DNA of 64,000 nt, from positions 1-64,000 of IMG/VR virus record IMGVR_UViG_3300021138_000014; one strand, written 5' to 3'. Each line of letters begins with the position of its first letter. The stretch's first letter is position 1. A program made the translations under genes and the position numbers. Shown here piece by piece: positions 24,101 to 34,109 of this stretch. The notes under the pieces are model-generated. The model had not been told where the DNA came from. It ran no database searches and worked only from the letters and a program-made list of their open reading frames with translations. This DNA comes from a virus.

Positions 24101-25163
24101 CGGTGGTGGCTTCAACAATGTACTTTGAGCCAGCCTTGATGGTTTCTAGGACGTCCTTCTCCAGACGCTCTCGGAGGTCGATCTCCTCCTTGATAGAGCT
24201 AACCATAGCATCTCCTCCTTGCCATTTTCTATCGCCGTAACTATAGAAGGCACCAGCACGAGTAATAACCTTGTTAAGGACCCCAAGTGAAGCAATCTGC
24301 TTAGCAAAGTCGTATTCACCGGGAGGAACTGATCCCCCGTCAGCAAAATAAAAGTCTAGGTATGCCACTTGCGATGGTGGGGCAACCTTGTTCTTGAGGG
24401 TACGAACCTTGATAGTCTGACCGATACGGCGCTTGCTATCTCCTGAACCAACCTCTAACCACTCATCACGCTTGATCTCAAGACGAGTAAAGAAGGCATA
24501 GTCTTTGCCTAATCCGCCGGGGGTGGTTCGTGGATCTCCGTACATGACGCCGATCTTTGAGCGCCACTGATTGATGATCAAACCAATAAAAGGTCGTTCC
24601 TGTTCAGTAAGTGAACGCTTGCTAGCGGGACCTACCTTACGGAAAAACTTATTAGTTAGGAGCGCTCCCTTTCCGACGGTGAACTCATCCATGTCTTTCT
24701 CATCTTCTGCACCTGGAACCAGAGCAGGCAAGGAATCAACAACAATACAATCGATAGACTTACTTTCAGCAATTTTGATAACTGTTTCAAATGCTTCCTC
24801 CATAATATTCGTGGATACTACGTAAACGCGTGATAGATCCACTCCGCATAATTCTGCATAAGAAGGAACCCATTGTTCTGCAGCTACCCAAACTGCTGTA
24901 AAATCTGGATCTTTTTCTTGATTGGCTGCAATAGTTTTTAGGGCAATAGCGGTTTTACCATTACTGGCTTCTCCTACTAACTCTGCCCATTGGTTGGTCG
25001 GCCATCCGCCACCCAAAATTACATCAAGTGATAATGAACCTGTTGTCATGTGAGAAATTAGATCTTCTCTAATCTCTGATCCTAGGACAATAGCCCCTGG
25101 ATTCTTCTTATTAACTAATGCGATGGTTTTTAAAAGTTCTTTGTTCTTCTCCGCTGTTGTCAT
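24090..25163 (-). CDS. recA: RecA-like recombinase
   Basis: TGSLSLD.ILGGG, GEASNGKT, VVDSL.AL, INQ.R.KIGVMYGDP.TTPGG, KNKVAPP. Confidence 0.95.
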   Translation of the reverse strand: MTTAEKNKELLKTIALVNKKNPGAIVLGSEIREDLISHMTTGSLSLDVILGGGWPTNQWAELVGEASNGKTAIALKTIAANQEKDPDFTAVWVAAEQWVPSYAELCGVDLSRVYVVSTNIMEEAFETVIKIAESKSIDCIVVDSLPALVPGAEDEKDMDEFTVGKGALLTNKFFRKVGPASKRSLTEQERPFIGLIINQWRSKIGVMYGDPRTTPGGLGKDYAFFTRLEIKRDEWLEVGSGDSKRRIGQTIKVRTLKNKVAPPSQVAYLDFYFADGGSVPPGEYDFAKQIASLGVLNKVITRAGAFYSYGDRKWQGGDAMVSSIKEEIDLRERLEKDVLETIKAGSKYIVEATTDEE

Positions 25164-25546
25164 TATTCGAGTTTACCAATAATCGTCGTAGGATTCCAAC
25201 CGCCAGTTGGCACTTGAAAGGCTTTCTGTGTAGGACCTGCGGATGGGATATTTACTCCACCTGCACCACTACCTGATTGAACTTTAGGGTACCCACAGTC
25301 ATAGCACCGCCATGCATCTTGTGGACCGTTCTGCGTGGCAATTGAACCCACTTTCATGTAATTTCCACTACGGCATTCTGGGCAAGCGCCTGAACTAGAA
25401 ACACTTCCCATTGGACGACCAGTAGGTTGTTGTTGTGGTTGTTGATATGTATCCATAGGTCGTTGCGAGGGAGCCAACGGCAGATCGGATGACCGTGTTG
25501 TGGGCGTAGCATTACCACCCGCATGTTTAGACCAGAAGTTACTCAT
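25163..25546 (-). CDS. zinc-ribbon hypothetical protein
   Basis: CPEC.SGNY...RCYDCGYP. Confidence 0.75.
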   Translation of the reverse strand: MSNFWSKHAGGNATPTTRSSDLPLAPSQRPMDTYQQPQQQPTGRPMGSVSSSGACPECRSGNYMKVGSIATQNGPQDAWRCYDCGYPKVQSGSGAGGVNIPSAGPTQKAFQVPTGGWNPTTIIGKLE

Positions 25547-25985
25547 CTCTTATTATTCCTCCTATAGCGTTTATATCTATTAAGCCCAATTCTACTCCTG
25601 AGGACAGGGTAGAAATAATCCCAGACATAGAAATCATCTTGTAAATATCTTCTATCTTATGGTATTCAGAGTGAAGGTCTTCAGAATCTAAATCTATTCC
25701 TGCCTCACGCATTCTTTCAAATTGAACGGCGGCCATAGCTTGAGAATTAATATCGGCCATTGCCTCGATAAAGGGAAGTAACCCCATGATCTCCGATAGT
25801 CGATCTTCGCTACCCTGTAGTTCGGTTTGCTTACCCTCTTCACTAACCGGAAGCATTCCTACGGCTTTGGCAACATAGTTTGGATCTTCTATAGAAGCGT
25901 CATAAAAATACCAGCGAAGTAAGGTGGCAACAGACACCTCAATAATTTGAGGTTCAAATTTAGGTTGCCAAAATTTCCAACTCAT
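25539..25985 (-). CDS. hypothetical protein
   Basis: ATGA overlap with polA stop. Confidence 0.75.
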   Translation of the reverse strand: MSWKFWQPKFEPQIIEVSVATLLRWYFYDASIEDPNYVAKAVGMLPVSEEGKQTELQGSEDRLSEIMGLLPFIEAMADINSQAMAAVQFERMREAGIDLDSEDLHSEYHKIEDIYKMISMSGIISTLSSGVELGLIDINAIGGIIRDE

Positions 25986-27988
25986 TGATCTTTAGCCTCT
26001 CCCCACCGCTCTACAACTTTAATATCTGCAATTAAAGGAACCTCTAAAAGATCAATATCTTCCATGGCTCTTCTAATAGCGGATACAGTTTCCTCCACCA
26101 GATTGTCTGGGGCTAGGGTAACCAATTCATCGTGAACTGTGAGGATTAGTTTAGCCTCTTTAGGCAAAAACTCATAAGCGCGAACCATAGCCCACTTAAT
26201 AATGTCGGCCGCAGTTCCTTGAATACGTGTATTAAAGGCTTGACGCTCCGCCCCAGCCCGCTCTCCTTTATCCGAGGAGTTTAATTCTGGCAAAAACCGT
26301 TTACGTCCTAGGCGGGTCTTGATGTACGGGATAGGCTCCTTTTGCCGGGCGTATTGAATAACGGTTTTCTTATACGACAAGATGGCGGGGAACTCTTTAC
26401 CAAAGTCTTCTAGTAGTTGCCGAGCCTCGGGAACCGTCTTATTAATCTTCTTAGCAATCTTTTCGGCTCCAACACCATAAGCAATTGATAACACTAATTC
26501 TTTTCCCGCCTTGCGATCCACGCCAACTCTATCGCCTACGGTGGTGTACAAATCACGCTTCTCTTTATACGAAAGTATCATGGTTTCTTCTTTAGCCAAA
26601 GAAGCAATAACTCTAGGTTCAATTTGACTGTAGTCCGCTACAATTAATTTGTAACCTTCGGGAGCAATAAATAGGTTTCTAATCGCCTTGCCGTTAGGGG
26701 TATGCGGTGCTGGAACATTTTGAAGGTTTGGGTTACGGCTGGAAAAACGACCTGTCTCGGCCCCGTGCTGAATAAAGTCACAGTGCAATCGACCATTGAT
26801 AAGCATGCTGTCTTTGGTTTCTAATTTAGCTTTGCCGCCTGTGGTACGAACTACCTCACCACCCAAGTATGGAATAACATACGTGCTACGCAATTTATTT
26901 AAATCAGAGTAATTAAGTAGGGCATTTACTAAAGGATCTTCTTCTCTAAACTCTTCTAATGCTTCGGCTGATACAGAGTAGTCACTAATACTACGTTCCT
27001 TTGCCAATTTTCCTTTACCCTTACCCGTCAATAACTTTGGCTTAAGTCCCCGGTTTCCGTCTTTTACTGACCCGTATAAAAGCTCTTGCTTCTCGGGGTT
27101 TGAGTTTAAATTAAATTGACGACCAGCAATCCGAAAAATATTTGCCTTTGCTTCTTCAATATCCGCGTCTAAACGCTTGTCTAATTCAAAAAGCGCTTCT
27201 AGATCCAAGGGTGCACCTGTAAGTTTCATGTCACAAAGTACTCGGAGCACCTTCATCTCAAGGTTCATTGTGGCTTGAACATCAGCCTCAATGACCTTCT
27301 TACTAATAATCTTCCACAATTCCCATGTGTACTTGGCATCAAGTTTGGCATATAGGGCTACCTCTTGAAAAGAGTACTTCTCTACTTCTGCTCCCACACC
27401 CTTTTCCATCTCAAAACCCATTTCTCGCTTTAAGCAATCCGCTAAACCACAACGATTCTTGTTACGGTTGTCGGATATAAAAGAAGCAATCATGGTGTCA
27501 AAATAAGGCTCAGCTGGTACGCGACCACCGTAGTACTTAGCAACGGAGGTTAAATCAAAAATAAGGTTGTGACCTACTTTTAAAATATTTTCGTTAAACA
27601 TCAAAGGCTCTAACGCTGCAAATACTTCTGCGGGGTATAATTGCTTTGGTGGATCAGTAAAAACCTTAGTTGCTAATTTGGATGAGCGTGAATAATCAGC
27701 ATCTCTAATGGTCAACCCAGAGTCCGCACGCTTCTGTCCTTGCCCAGTTAAGGGCTTCACAACCTCTTTTAAATCACCGTTTGGATGACCCATAGGAATA
27801 ACATCCGAACGCCCCCAAGTAGAAAAACTAATCCAAAGCACCTCATTAACAGGCGTGTCTCCGCGTCGATCGCCAACGGTTTCTACGTCATAAGCAAAGG
27901 CATCTTGCTTCATGTAATAAGCGATCATCTCATCAAGCGCTTCTTTAGTTGTAATTGCTTTTACTTCGTGTATCAACTTATCCCCCAA
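25982..27988 (-). CDS. polA: family A DNA polymerase with 3'-5' exonuclease
   Basis: YDVET, HNLIFD, YAKLDA; TGRFSS.NPNLQN, ADYSQIE, RKAGK....IAYG, VHDE. Confidence 0.95.
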   Translation of the reverse strand: MGDKLIHEVKAITTKEALDEMIAYYMKQDAFAYDVETVGDRRGDTPVNEVLWISFSTWGRSDVIPMGHPNGDLKEVVKPLTGQGQKRADSGLTIRDADYSRSSKLATKVFTDPPKQLYPAEVFAALEPLMFNENILKVGHNLIFDLTSVAKYYGGRVPAEPYFDTMIASFISDNRNKNRCGLADCLKREMGFEMEKGVGAEVEKYSFQEVALYAKLDAKYTWELWKIISKKVIEADVQATMNLEMKVLRVLCDMKLTGAPLDLEALFELDKRLDADIEEAKANIFRIAGRQFNLNSNPEKQELLYGSVKDGNRGLKPKLLTGKGKGKLAKERSISDYSVSAEALEEFREEDPLVNALLNYSDLNKLRSTYVIPYLGGEVVRTTGGKAKLETKDSMLINGRLHCDFIQHGAETGRFSSRNPNLQNVPAPHTPNGKAIRNLFIAPEGYKLIVADYSQIEPRVIASLAKEETMILSYKEKRDLYTTVGDRVGVDRKAGKELVLSIAYGVGAEKIAKKINKTVPEARQLLEDFGKEFPAILSYKKTVIQYARQKEPIPYIKTRLGRKRFLPELNSSDKGERAGAERQAFNTRIQGTAADIIKWAMVRAYEFLPKEAKLILTVHDELVTLAPDNLVEETVSAIRRAMEDIDLLEVPLIADIKVVERWGEAKDQ

Positions 27989-28038
27989 TGAGTAGAGGCG
28001 CTAGCCTATAAGTACTAGCGCCCCCACGTCCAATTTGA

Positions 28039-28701
28039 TTACTTAAGCTTGTCAGCCAACTCTTGAAGATCCTTTAAGCTAGAACGTGAAATCAAACGCT
28101 CTGAACTGTATGGGGTGATGGTCTTTGCAAACGCCTGAACGTCTGCTTCGTTGACACCAAAGTCTTCCTGAAGGTCGCGCGCCTTCACTGGAATCATTTG
28201 ATAGCTTGTATTCTGCTTAACGCCTGTACGGGAAAGTGTCCAGTATCCGGCGCTCAATGGACCAAAGCTGCCTGATGCGTGCTGTTGCAAAGTTTCGTAA
28301 AAACGAACAGACGATACGGTCATTACTTGATGGAGGAAAGGCTTAACTCCGAGGTTGATAACGTTGAACTTATGCTTTGAGACTGGCTTATGAACAACAT
28401 CAAGACAGAGTGGGCAATTACTGCCGAGACAGACGAATGTTCGACGACCCTCAGTGATTTCGTTGATCCAGTGCTCTTTATAGTTAACGACTGGTGCGTC
28501 GTCGATAAAACGGACAAGCGTACGAGTTTCTGAGTATTTGAAGTCATCTGGATATTCTCCTCCTGAGCGCTCTTCTGTTTGCCAGCCTGATGTGATGCCA
28601 ATTGAAGAAGCATCTACTGTTGTTGCTGGACGAGCATCTACTGAGAACTCGTCGTCTTCTGTTACGAAGCTTGTTGCATCTAGATTTTGGTTGATTCCCA
28701 T
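28039..28701 (-). CDS. single-stranded DNA-binding protein (T4 gp32-like)
   Basis: LVRF, EHW, TFVC...CPLC, SRTG....TSY; upstream of polA. Confidence 0.65.
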   Translation of the reverse strand: MGINQNLDATSFVTEDDEFSVDARPATTVDASSIGITSGWQTEERSGGEYPDDFKYSETRTLVRFIDDAPVVNYKEHWINEITEGRRTFVCLGSNCPLCLDVVHKPVSKHKFNVINLGVKPFLHQVMTVSSVRFYETLQQHASGSFGPLSAGYWTLSRTGVKQNTSYQMIPVKARDLQEDFGVNEADVQAFAKTITPYSSERLISRSSLKDLQELADKLK

Positions 28702-28742
28702 TTATTTTTATCCTTAGTTTATTTATGGTTATTTATGGTTAT

Positions 28743-29198
28743 TTAGTTTTGTTCGTGCTGTCTTATCTCTTCCCACGTTTCCGTGAGTTTTGATGTTATA
28801 CCCCTGTGCTTAGCCCACTCTATACGGTTAGCGTGTAAAACACCAGCCTTGGCAAAGATATTAATCGCCGCCTCAATCATGGCCCGTGTATATAAACGCC
28901 GACCTTCTCTCATCTCACCGTTCTTGTCAGGTTTGGCTGGCAAGCGGTAAGGCGACAGAGGAATGTAGCCTTCCTTCATCCACAATCGTATCGTAATGAT
29001 CGGCCGATTCAAAGCCGACGCGAGCGCCCCAATTGTGAACATTTCTATGTCCTTGCCGTTGGGCAGGGTCCGCATCTTGGGGTGCTTATCCCAAGCAACT
29101 TTTTCTGGAGTTTCTTTTACTGGGGGAGTTTTGATCTTTTTTTTGCTTCCCGGATAAAAAAGGTCTCCAAAGGAGTCTTCAATAAAATCTGAGGTCAT
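28743..29198 (-). CDS. MerR-like HTH DNA-binding protein
   Basis: FTIGALA.ALNR...TIR.W...G.IP....R...RRLYT. Confidence 0.8.
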   Translation of the reverse strand: MTSDFIEDSFGDLFYPGSKKKIKTPPVKETPEKVAWDKHPKMRTLPNGKDIEMFTIGALASALNRPIITIRLWMKEGYIPLSPYRLPAKPDKNGEMREGRRLYTRAMIEAAINIFAKAGVLHANRIEWAKHRGITSKLTETWEEIRQHEQN

Positions 29199-29581
29199 AG
29201 TATGAAAGCGTACGTTACCTTAGTATCAACAAGCGAATCGATCTCTTCTTCAGTGATCTGACCCTTGTAATGGGCCGCCATAATGGCGTCGTCTTTAATA
29301 ACAGGTACGTATTCAACGCAGTCTTCCCAGATACCCTTAGCCTTAAGCATTTCCTCAGCTTCTTCGAGCTTAATGGATTTACTTTCTTTACGCTGGTATG
29401 TGAGTTTAAGATCGTCGTTAAGTTCTAAGCGGAGGTGACCGCTATCGTCCTCTGTGCCTTCAGCTTGCAACACAGCGACTAATTTGTCGCGCAAAAGTTT
29501 CTTGCGATCAGCAAGTAATTTTTCTTGATCTTTAATGGCTCGGTACTGTCGAGCGTCTTCTACATAGTCTTGAAGTGCCAT
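29195..29581 (-). CDS. hypothetical coiled-coil protein
   Basis: GGGAGG RBS; first gene after promoter. Confidence 0.75.
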   Translation of the reverse strand: MALQDYVEDARQYRAIKDQEKLLADRKKLLRDKLVAVLQAEGTEDDSGHLRLELNDDLKLTYQRKESKSIKLEEAEEMLKAKGIWEDCVEYVPVIKDDAIMAAHYKGQITEEEIDSLVDTKVTYAFIL

Positions 29582-29602
29582 GTAAGCCTCCCTTTTGGGA
29601 GT

Positions 29603-29632
29603 AACTTAGGGCTTAGTTGTGGGTCTTGTCAA
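29603..29632 (-). promoter_or_regulatory. SigA-like promoter of the SSB/PolA/RecA operon
   Basis: TTGACA-N18-TAAGTT. Confidence 0.6.
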
Positions 29633-29771
29633 CTTTAATGTAGTGCTCAAGCGCCTTGATAATCACGCTTGTGACGGTAACCTTTTCAGCAGCAGCTTTC
29701 TTCTGCACAGCAAGCCAGAGGTCATCGGAGACCCGGATTGTGCGCGTAGGCGTCTTAGGTGCGTTAGGCAT
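29613..29771 (-). CDS. 52-aa ribbon-helix-helix protein
   Basis: Read manually: MPNAPKTPTRTIRVSDDLW.AVQKKA.....TVTSVIIKALEHY; leaderless TAGACT-N6-ATG. Confidence 0.8.
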   Translation of the reverse strand: MPNAPKTPTRTIRVSDDLWLAVQKKAAAEKVTVTSVIIKALEHYIKVDKTHN

Positions 29772-29780
29772 TAGATAAGT

Positions 29781-30020
29781 CTACCCGTTTGGGCGCTCTT
29801 CTAGGTTCGAAACGTAGGGTGTTTGTATGTGAGAATCTGGGGCTACATTTGGCTTGTTCTGTGAATTTGATGGCATAGCCAACCCAGCCGTTGCTGCCGT
29901 TACCGCCATGCCTATGTGCATTGGATCGGTAGCAAAGTTACTTGATTTCCAAGCGGCTAGTCCAGCCAAGGAAGACAAGATAACTGATTTAGGATCTTTG
30001 ATCGGGAATTTGAAGGACAT
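29781..30020 (-). CDS. putative holin
   Basis: Two hydrophobic segments, downstream of endolysin. Confidence 0.55.
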   Translation of the reverse strand: MSFKFPIKDPKSVILSSLAGLAAWKSSNFATDPMHIGMAVTAATAGLAMPSNSQNKPNVAPDSHIQTPYVSNLEERPNG

Positions 30021-30348
30021 TCATAATCTCCTTTACATTGCGACGAATCTCCTCAAGATGGTCATGAGACGCTTGATCCAGTTTAAGATCTTTTTCAATA
30101 ATGCGTCGGTCTTCATTTCCAGATCTATTGGTTGCATTAAGAATTAACCCAGAAAGCAAAATAGATTCTAAAGAAACAATAAGTGTTAAAAGCCCATAAG
30201 GAAACGCTTCAAACCTAAACGCTACCCAAGATCCCCACCAAACAGCGTGAAAAAGCATAAACCAGTAAGAAGCAAAAGCCGTTGATGCCCAGTCCGAAAC
30301 AGCCTGAAACTTAACAGCAATTCCTTTTTTCTTTCTATACTTTGTCAT
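29989..30348 (-). CDS. DUF1003-like membrane protein (lysis cassette)
   Basis: FPYGLLTLIVSLESILL..LIL.A.NR. Confidence 0.75.
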   Translation of the reverse strand: MTKYRKKKGIAVKFQAVSDWASTAFASYWFMLFHAVWWGSWVAFRFEAFPYGLLTLIVSLESILLSGLILNATNRSGNEDRRIIEKDLKLDQASHDHLEEIRRNVKEIMNVLQIPDQRS

Positions 30349-31211
30349 GAACCCGCCTTAGCTGTCATAGATGTGTATGTCCAAACGTCAATGCCTTTTC
30401 CTATAGAGGCTTTTAATCCTGGGTATTGTTTTTGATACACAGGTATGAGAGCAATCTCTTCTGCTGTTAAAACATTAGATACAAGATTTGCTGGGAGTAG
30501 TCCTGCATTAGCCAGTGCTCTAGCAACAATGAGTTCTGCTGTTCCCTTTGCGCCAACTTTAAAAGCCGAAGATCCTGGAAAAGGTGGAGCAACAATCACG
30601 GTTGTTTTTGTTGCAGGAGGTGTTGTAGAAGACGTGTGAGTTGCTAAAGCTGCCCCGCCTCCACCTAAAGCAGTTACAGCGGCGGTTCCAACAGCAACTG
30701 GCTTAGTAGCAAGTTTGCTGACGGCGGGTGCGTGAACTGCGGCATAGGCTGGACGAACGATAGCCATAACGCCTAGGTAAGGGCGATGTCTACGGAATAC
30801 GCCAATACCATCTGCCTGTGATCCAACAGCATGATCGGCGCTTGTGTTTGCCTCAATAGTTGTTATGCCGTCTGCGGAAGCGCCCTCAATAATACCCACG
30901 TGTTGGGGAACGCCTGTACCGTCCCAGCAAAAGAACACGATGTCGCCGGGCATACCTTTGTACTTGTCTACAACAGCGCCCTTTTTCTGAAACCAGCGAA
31001 GGCCTTCTGGGCAGTAACTAAAACCTTTAGCGGTAGACGCCGCTACTAAACTTGACGCCCCAGCTTGGTCAAATACCCAGCTAACAAACATCGCACAGTA
31101 AGGATCGTTATCTAGACCATACCACTGCCCGTACTTTGTCTCGTTGTTTGGACCCTCTACATAGCCAATTTCTTTGGCGGCAATATTTACTATATCTAAA
31201 CCTGTTGCCAT
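30345..31211 (-). CDS. endolysin, CHAP amidase domain
   Basis: IGY.EG.NN.TKYG.WYG, YCAMFVSW, PGDIVFF, HVGI, TIEANT. Confidence 0.88.
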   Translation of the reverse strand: MATGLDIVNIAAKEIGYVEGPNNETKYGQWYGLDNDPYCAMFVSWVFDQAGASSLVAASTAKGFSYCPEGLRWFQKKGAVVDKYKGMPGDIVFFCWDGTGVPQHVGIIEGASADGITTIEANTSADHAVGSQADGIGVFRRHRPYLGVMAIVRPAYAAVHAPAVSKLATKPVAVGTAAVTALGGGGAALATHTSSTTPPATKTTVIVAPPFPGSSAFKVGAKGTAELIVARALANAGLLPANLVSNVLTAEEIALIPVYQKQYPGLKASIGKGIDVWTYTSMTAKAGS

Positions 31212-31295
31212 TATTACCCCCTATATTTTCAAGATACAACAAAAAGGCAAAAAGTTCAGCACATATGTAGTTACTGTGTTTGTAATACTGTGCTA

Positions 31296-31778
31296 ATGGC
31301 TTATACACCTGCACCCGGCGATTATGGCGTCGTACACACAAATGGATTCTTTGGCAAGTTAATTAGACTTGGAACATTGAGTCGTTGGAACCATGCTTTT
31401 GTTTACATCGGTAACGGACAGATCGTTGAAGCAAACCCGTCTGGCGTTGCTATTAGCCCAGTTGATAAGTACCCAGCCTATTATGTAGCGTGGAACCAGC
31501 ACGAAAAACTAAACGAAGAACAGCGGATGCAAATTGTTGCTCACGCTAAATCTATGGTTGGTGTGTCTTATGGTTTTGTTGATATTGCTAATCTAGCATT
31601 TCGTATTCTTGGTTTAAAAGTTATTGCTAATACAAAAATATTTAAAACTGCAAGTAAGCGCTATGGAGTTATTTGCTCTGAATTAGTAGCGGAATGTTAC
31701 GGAGCTGCTGGTATTGACTTTGGTAGCCCAATTTCGGTTACGCCGGGCGACTTGGCTTACCGCCTTGTTTACCAGTGA
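31296..31778 (+). CDS. permuted papain-like NlpC/P60 hydrolase (YiiX/YebB-like)
   Basis: PGD, WNHAFVY, IVEA, ICSELVA..Y, VTPGDL (His before Cys). Confidence 0.8.
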   Translation: MAYTPAPGDYGVVHTNGFFGKLIRLGTLSRWNHAFVYIGNGQIVEANPSGVAISPVDKYPAYYVAWNQHEKLNEEQRMQIVAHAKSMVGVSYGFVDIANLAFRILGLKVIANTKIFKTASKRYGVICSELVAECYGAAGIDFGSPISVTPGDLAYRLVYQ

Positions 31779-33374
31779 TCAAACGTAAGTATTAACCATA
31801 AACTGACGAAGGCTTCCCAAAGTCAGGTTAAGTTCTCCCTCTTTATCAATACCCTCACCGTCCACGATAGCGGCAGCTACTGAGTTCTTTTGCTGAAGCA
31901 TCTCGTGTTGACGTTGTTCAATTGAGCCAGCAATTAAAATATCTTGAATAACTATTGATGGCCATTTGGACGAGGCTCGTTTGATTCGACCGTTTCGTTG
32001 AACCGCGCCTCCCGACGACCAAGGTAGGTCATAATTAATAAGAAGATTAGCCGCTGGCAAATCAACACCATAGCCACCGGCATCAGAACTAACAAGAACG
32101 CGTACATCAGGTTCGGTATTGAAAGCAATTTTATTATCTTCTTTCGTCCTAGCGTTAAGACGACCAGTGTACGTCCGACACCCATACGATTTCAGTGCTT
32201 CTGAGATCTTATCTACCATCTCAATGTATGTTGCAAAAATTACAACTTTATTTTCTGGATCCGTGTCAAGGAAATCCTTAACGTACTCGTCAAGCACCTT
32301 TAATTTAATACCCTCTGGCAAGTTATCGAGAAGACCTTGCTCCTGCAAACCAGCTGCATAAGAGGAACCTTCTCCCGTATCCCCAGCTATGTACTTTTTA
32401 GCACTGCTAATTAGCAAGTCTGGGTGCGAGGAAAGCATCTTTAAAGCGCCAACTCGTGACATGATTTTTCCACGCCATTCGTTTTCTAAGTAGTTATTAT
32501 CGCCTTTATCTAAACCATAGTGAGTAAAGACATTAAAGTTTGATCCAAATAGGTTTTGTGCTTCGTCAAGTTCTCGAATCAAATCATCTTTAATGTGCTC
32601 GTATAACTTTGCGGTCTTCTTGTCTAAAGTTACATATAGAGGTTCCGCATGAAGAGAGTCTGGCAAAAAGGGAGCCACATCTGGGTCTTTTTGGGCTTTG
32701 CGTACGCAGGCTTCCGCTAACCGCTCGTGAAGAACAGGTAAATTACGATAGCGGGAAACACCACCAAAGTTATTTCTAACAATAAAAGCCTTATCAAAGA
32801 TATCAAAACGACCAAGAACTGAGTCATCTACAAATTGCATGATGCTGAAGAGTTCTTCTGGTTTACCGTTCTCAATTGGGGTTCCTGTAAGGGCAAACTT
32901 GTATTGAACGTTGCTGAGTCGCTTTACAGCCTTTGAACGTTTAGATCTAAAGGATTTGATAGCGGTGGCTTCGTCAAGTACTACAAACCCCCGTGGAAGT
33001 CTTTTAACGCTCTCCCAGTCGTTTACTACCTGCTCGTAGTTCATAATCACGTAATCAACGTGTGATTCTTTCCAGTTGTACGCCTCCTCGTATTGAGCGG
33101 CGCGTTGCTTAGGGGTTCCATCAATAACTATAGTTTTAGAGGATCCCTCAGTAAACTTATCAATCTGGTTAGCCCATTGATATTTAAGGCTGGAAAGACA
33201 GATAACCATTCCCGGCTCCCGGATAGATCCTCTGTCCATCAGCTTCTCAAGCGCAGCAATAGTAATTACTGTCTTTCCTAGCCCTAAATCGTAAGCAACA
33301 AGAATCTTATTACGAGCAATCATCTTGTCAACTGCGTAGGGTTGGTAAGGAAGCAGGGAGCCTTTAAATGTCAT
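31779..33374 (-). CDS. SNF2-family helicase
   Basis: DLGLGKT, VLDEAT, LTGTPIEN, GYGVDL, QRNGRI.R. Confidence 0.9.
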   Translation of the reverse strand: MTFKGSLLPYQPYAVDKMIARNKILVAYDLGLGKTVITIAALEKLMDRGSIREPGMVICLSSLKYQWANQIDKFTEGSSKTIVIDGTPKQRAAQYEEAYNWKESHVDYVIMNYEQVVNDWESVKRLPRGFVVLDEATAIKSFRSKRSKAVKRLSNVQYKFALTGTPIENGKPEELFSIMQFVDDSVLGRFDIFDKAFIVRNNFGGVSRYRNLPVLHERLAEACVRKAQKDPDVAPFLPDSLHAEPLYVTLDKKTAKLYEHIKDDLIRELDEAQNLFGSNFNVFTHYGLDKGDNNYLENEWRGKIMSRVGALKMLSSHPDLLISSAKKYIAGDTGEGSSYAAGLQEQGLLDNLPEGIKLKVLDEYVKDFLDTDPENKVVIFATYIEMVDKISEALKSYGCRTYTGRLNARTKEDNKIAFNTEPDVRVLVSSDAGGYGVDLPAANLLINYDLPWSSGGAVQRNGRIKRASSKWPSIVIQDILIAGSIEQRQHEMLQQKNSVAAAIVDGEGIDKEGELNLTLGSLRQFMVNTYV

Positions 33375-33579
33375 TTCCTTTTCTCCAATGCAGATAGGAG
33401 CGTATGTATACAGCACTATAGGCTAGGGAGGCAAATATGAAGCCGTACTGGTGGGAAGTAACAGCATAGATAGACCAAAGGCACTCATTAAACAGTAACA
33501 AAAACCAACCCCAAATAGTCTTGCTACCTACGACAAAGATGCCTGTGGTTCCTACAATAGCAAGTACCCATGACCACAT
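33364..33579 (-). CDS. small PnuC-like membrane protein
   Basis: Three hydrophobic helices, IWGW, W..YA....QYGF. Confidence 0.6.
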   Translation of the reverse strand: MWSWVLAIVGTTGIFVVGSKTIWGWFLLLFNECLWSIYAVTSHQYGFIFASLAYSAVYIRSYLHWRKGNDI

Positions 33580-34109
33580 TAGTTTTGCGCCGCCAAAGTA
33601 AAAGACGTAATTTTTTCTTTGAGGTCTTCAATGGAACCATCGTTAACAATAATCTGGCTAAACCCATGATTATCCAAAGCCGATTCTGATATGTGACTGT
33701 TGGTAGCAATAACTTCGGGGCGTTCTACTCTCCAAAGTTGACCCTCAAATTGATCAATCATGTTTGCTTCGTTAAGGAACCGGACATCACTAATAACGTA
33801 ATTCTTTCCGTATTCCATTTTGCGTAAAGCCGTTTCAATCCAAATCTCGGAATCAACAACCTCTCGCATGGAAACTCCAAGGGACTGAAGTAAGCGTCGA
33901 ACTTCTGGGTGCGCCTTTGCTAACTCCCAACCGTTTTCTTCAACGTAGTCGTAAATACGAGTATTATCAATAACAAAAGGATTGATTTGTAAAAGTAATT
34001 CTCTAATAGGATCAGCAAACGCTATGCGTTCAAACGCATAATCTTCTACAAGGATATTTGCTACTGTATCTTTTCCGGAACGTGCATAACCAGATAATCC
34101 AATAATCAT
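33579..34109 (-). CDS. deoxynucleoside monophosphate kinase
   Basis: IIGLSGYARSGKDT, FADPIR, R.LLQ.LG, ISDVRF.NE, HISE. Confidence 0.9.
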   Translation of the reverse strand: MIIGLSGYARSGKDTVANILVEDYAFERIAFADPIRELLLQINPFVIDNTRIYDYVEENGWELAKAHPEVRRLLQSLGVSMREVVDSEIWIETALRKMEYGKNYVISDVRFLNEANMIDQFEGQLWRVERPEVIATNSHISESALDNHGFSQIIVNDGSIEDLKEKITSFTLAAQN

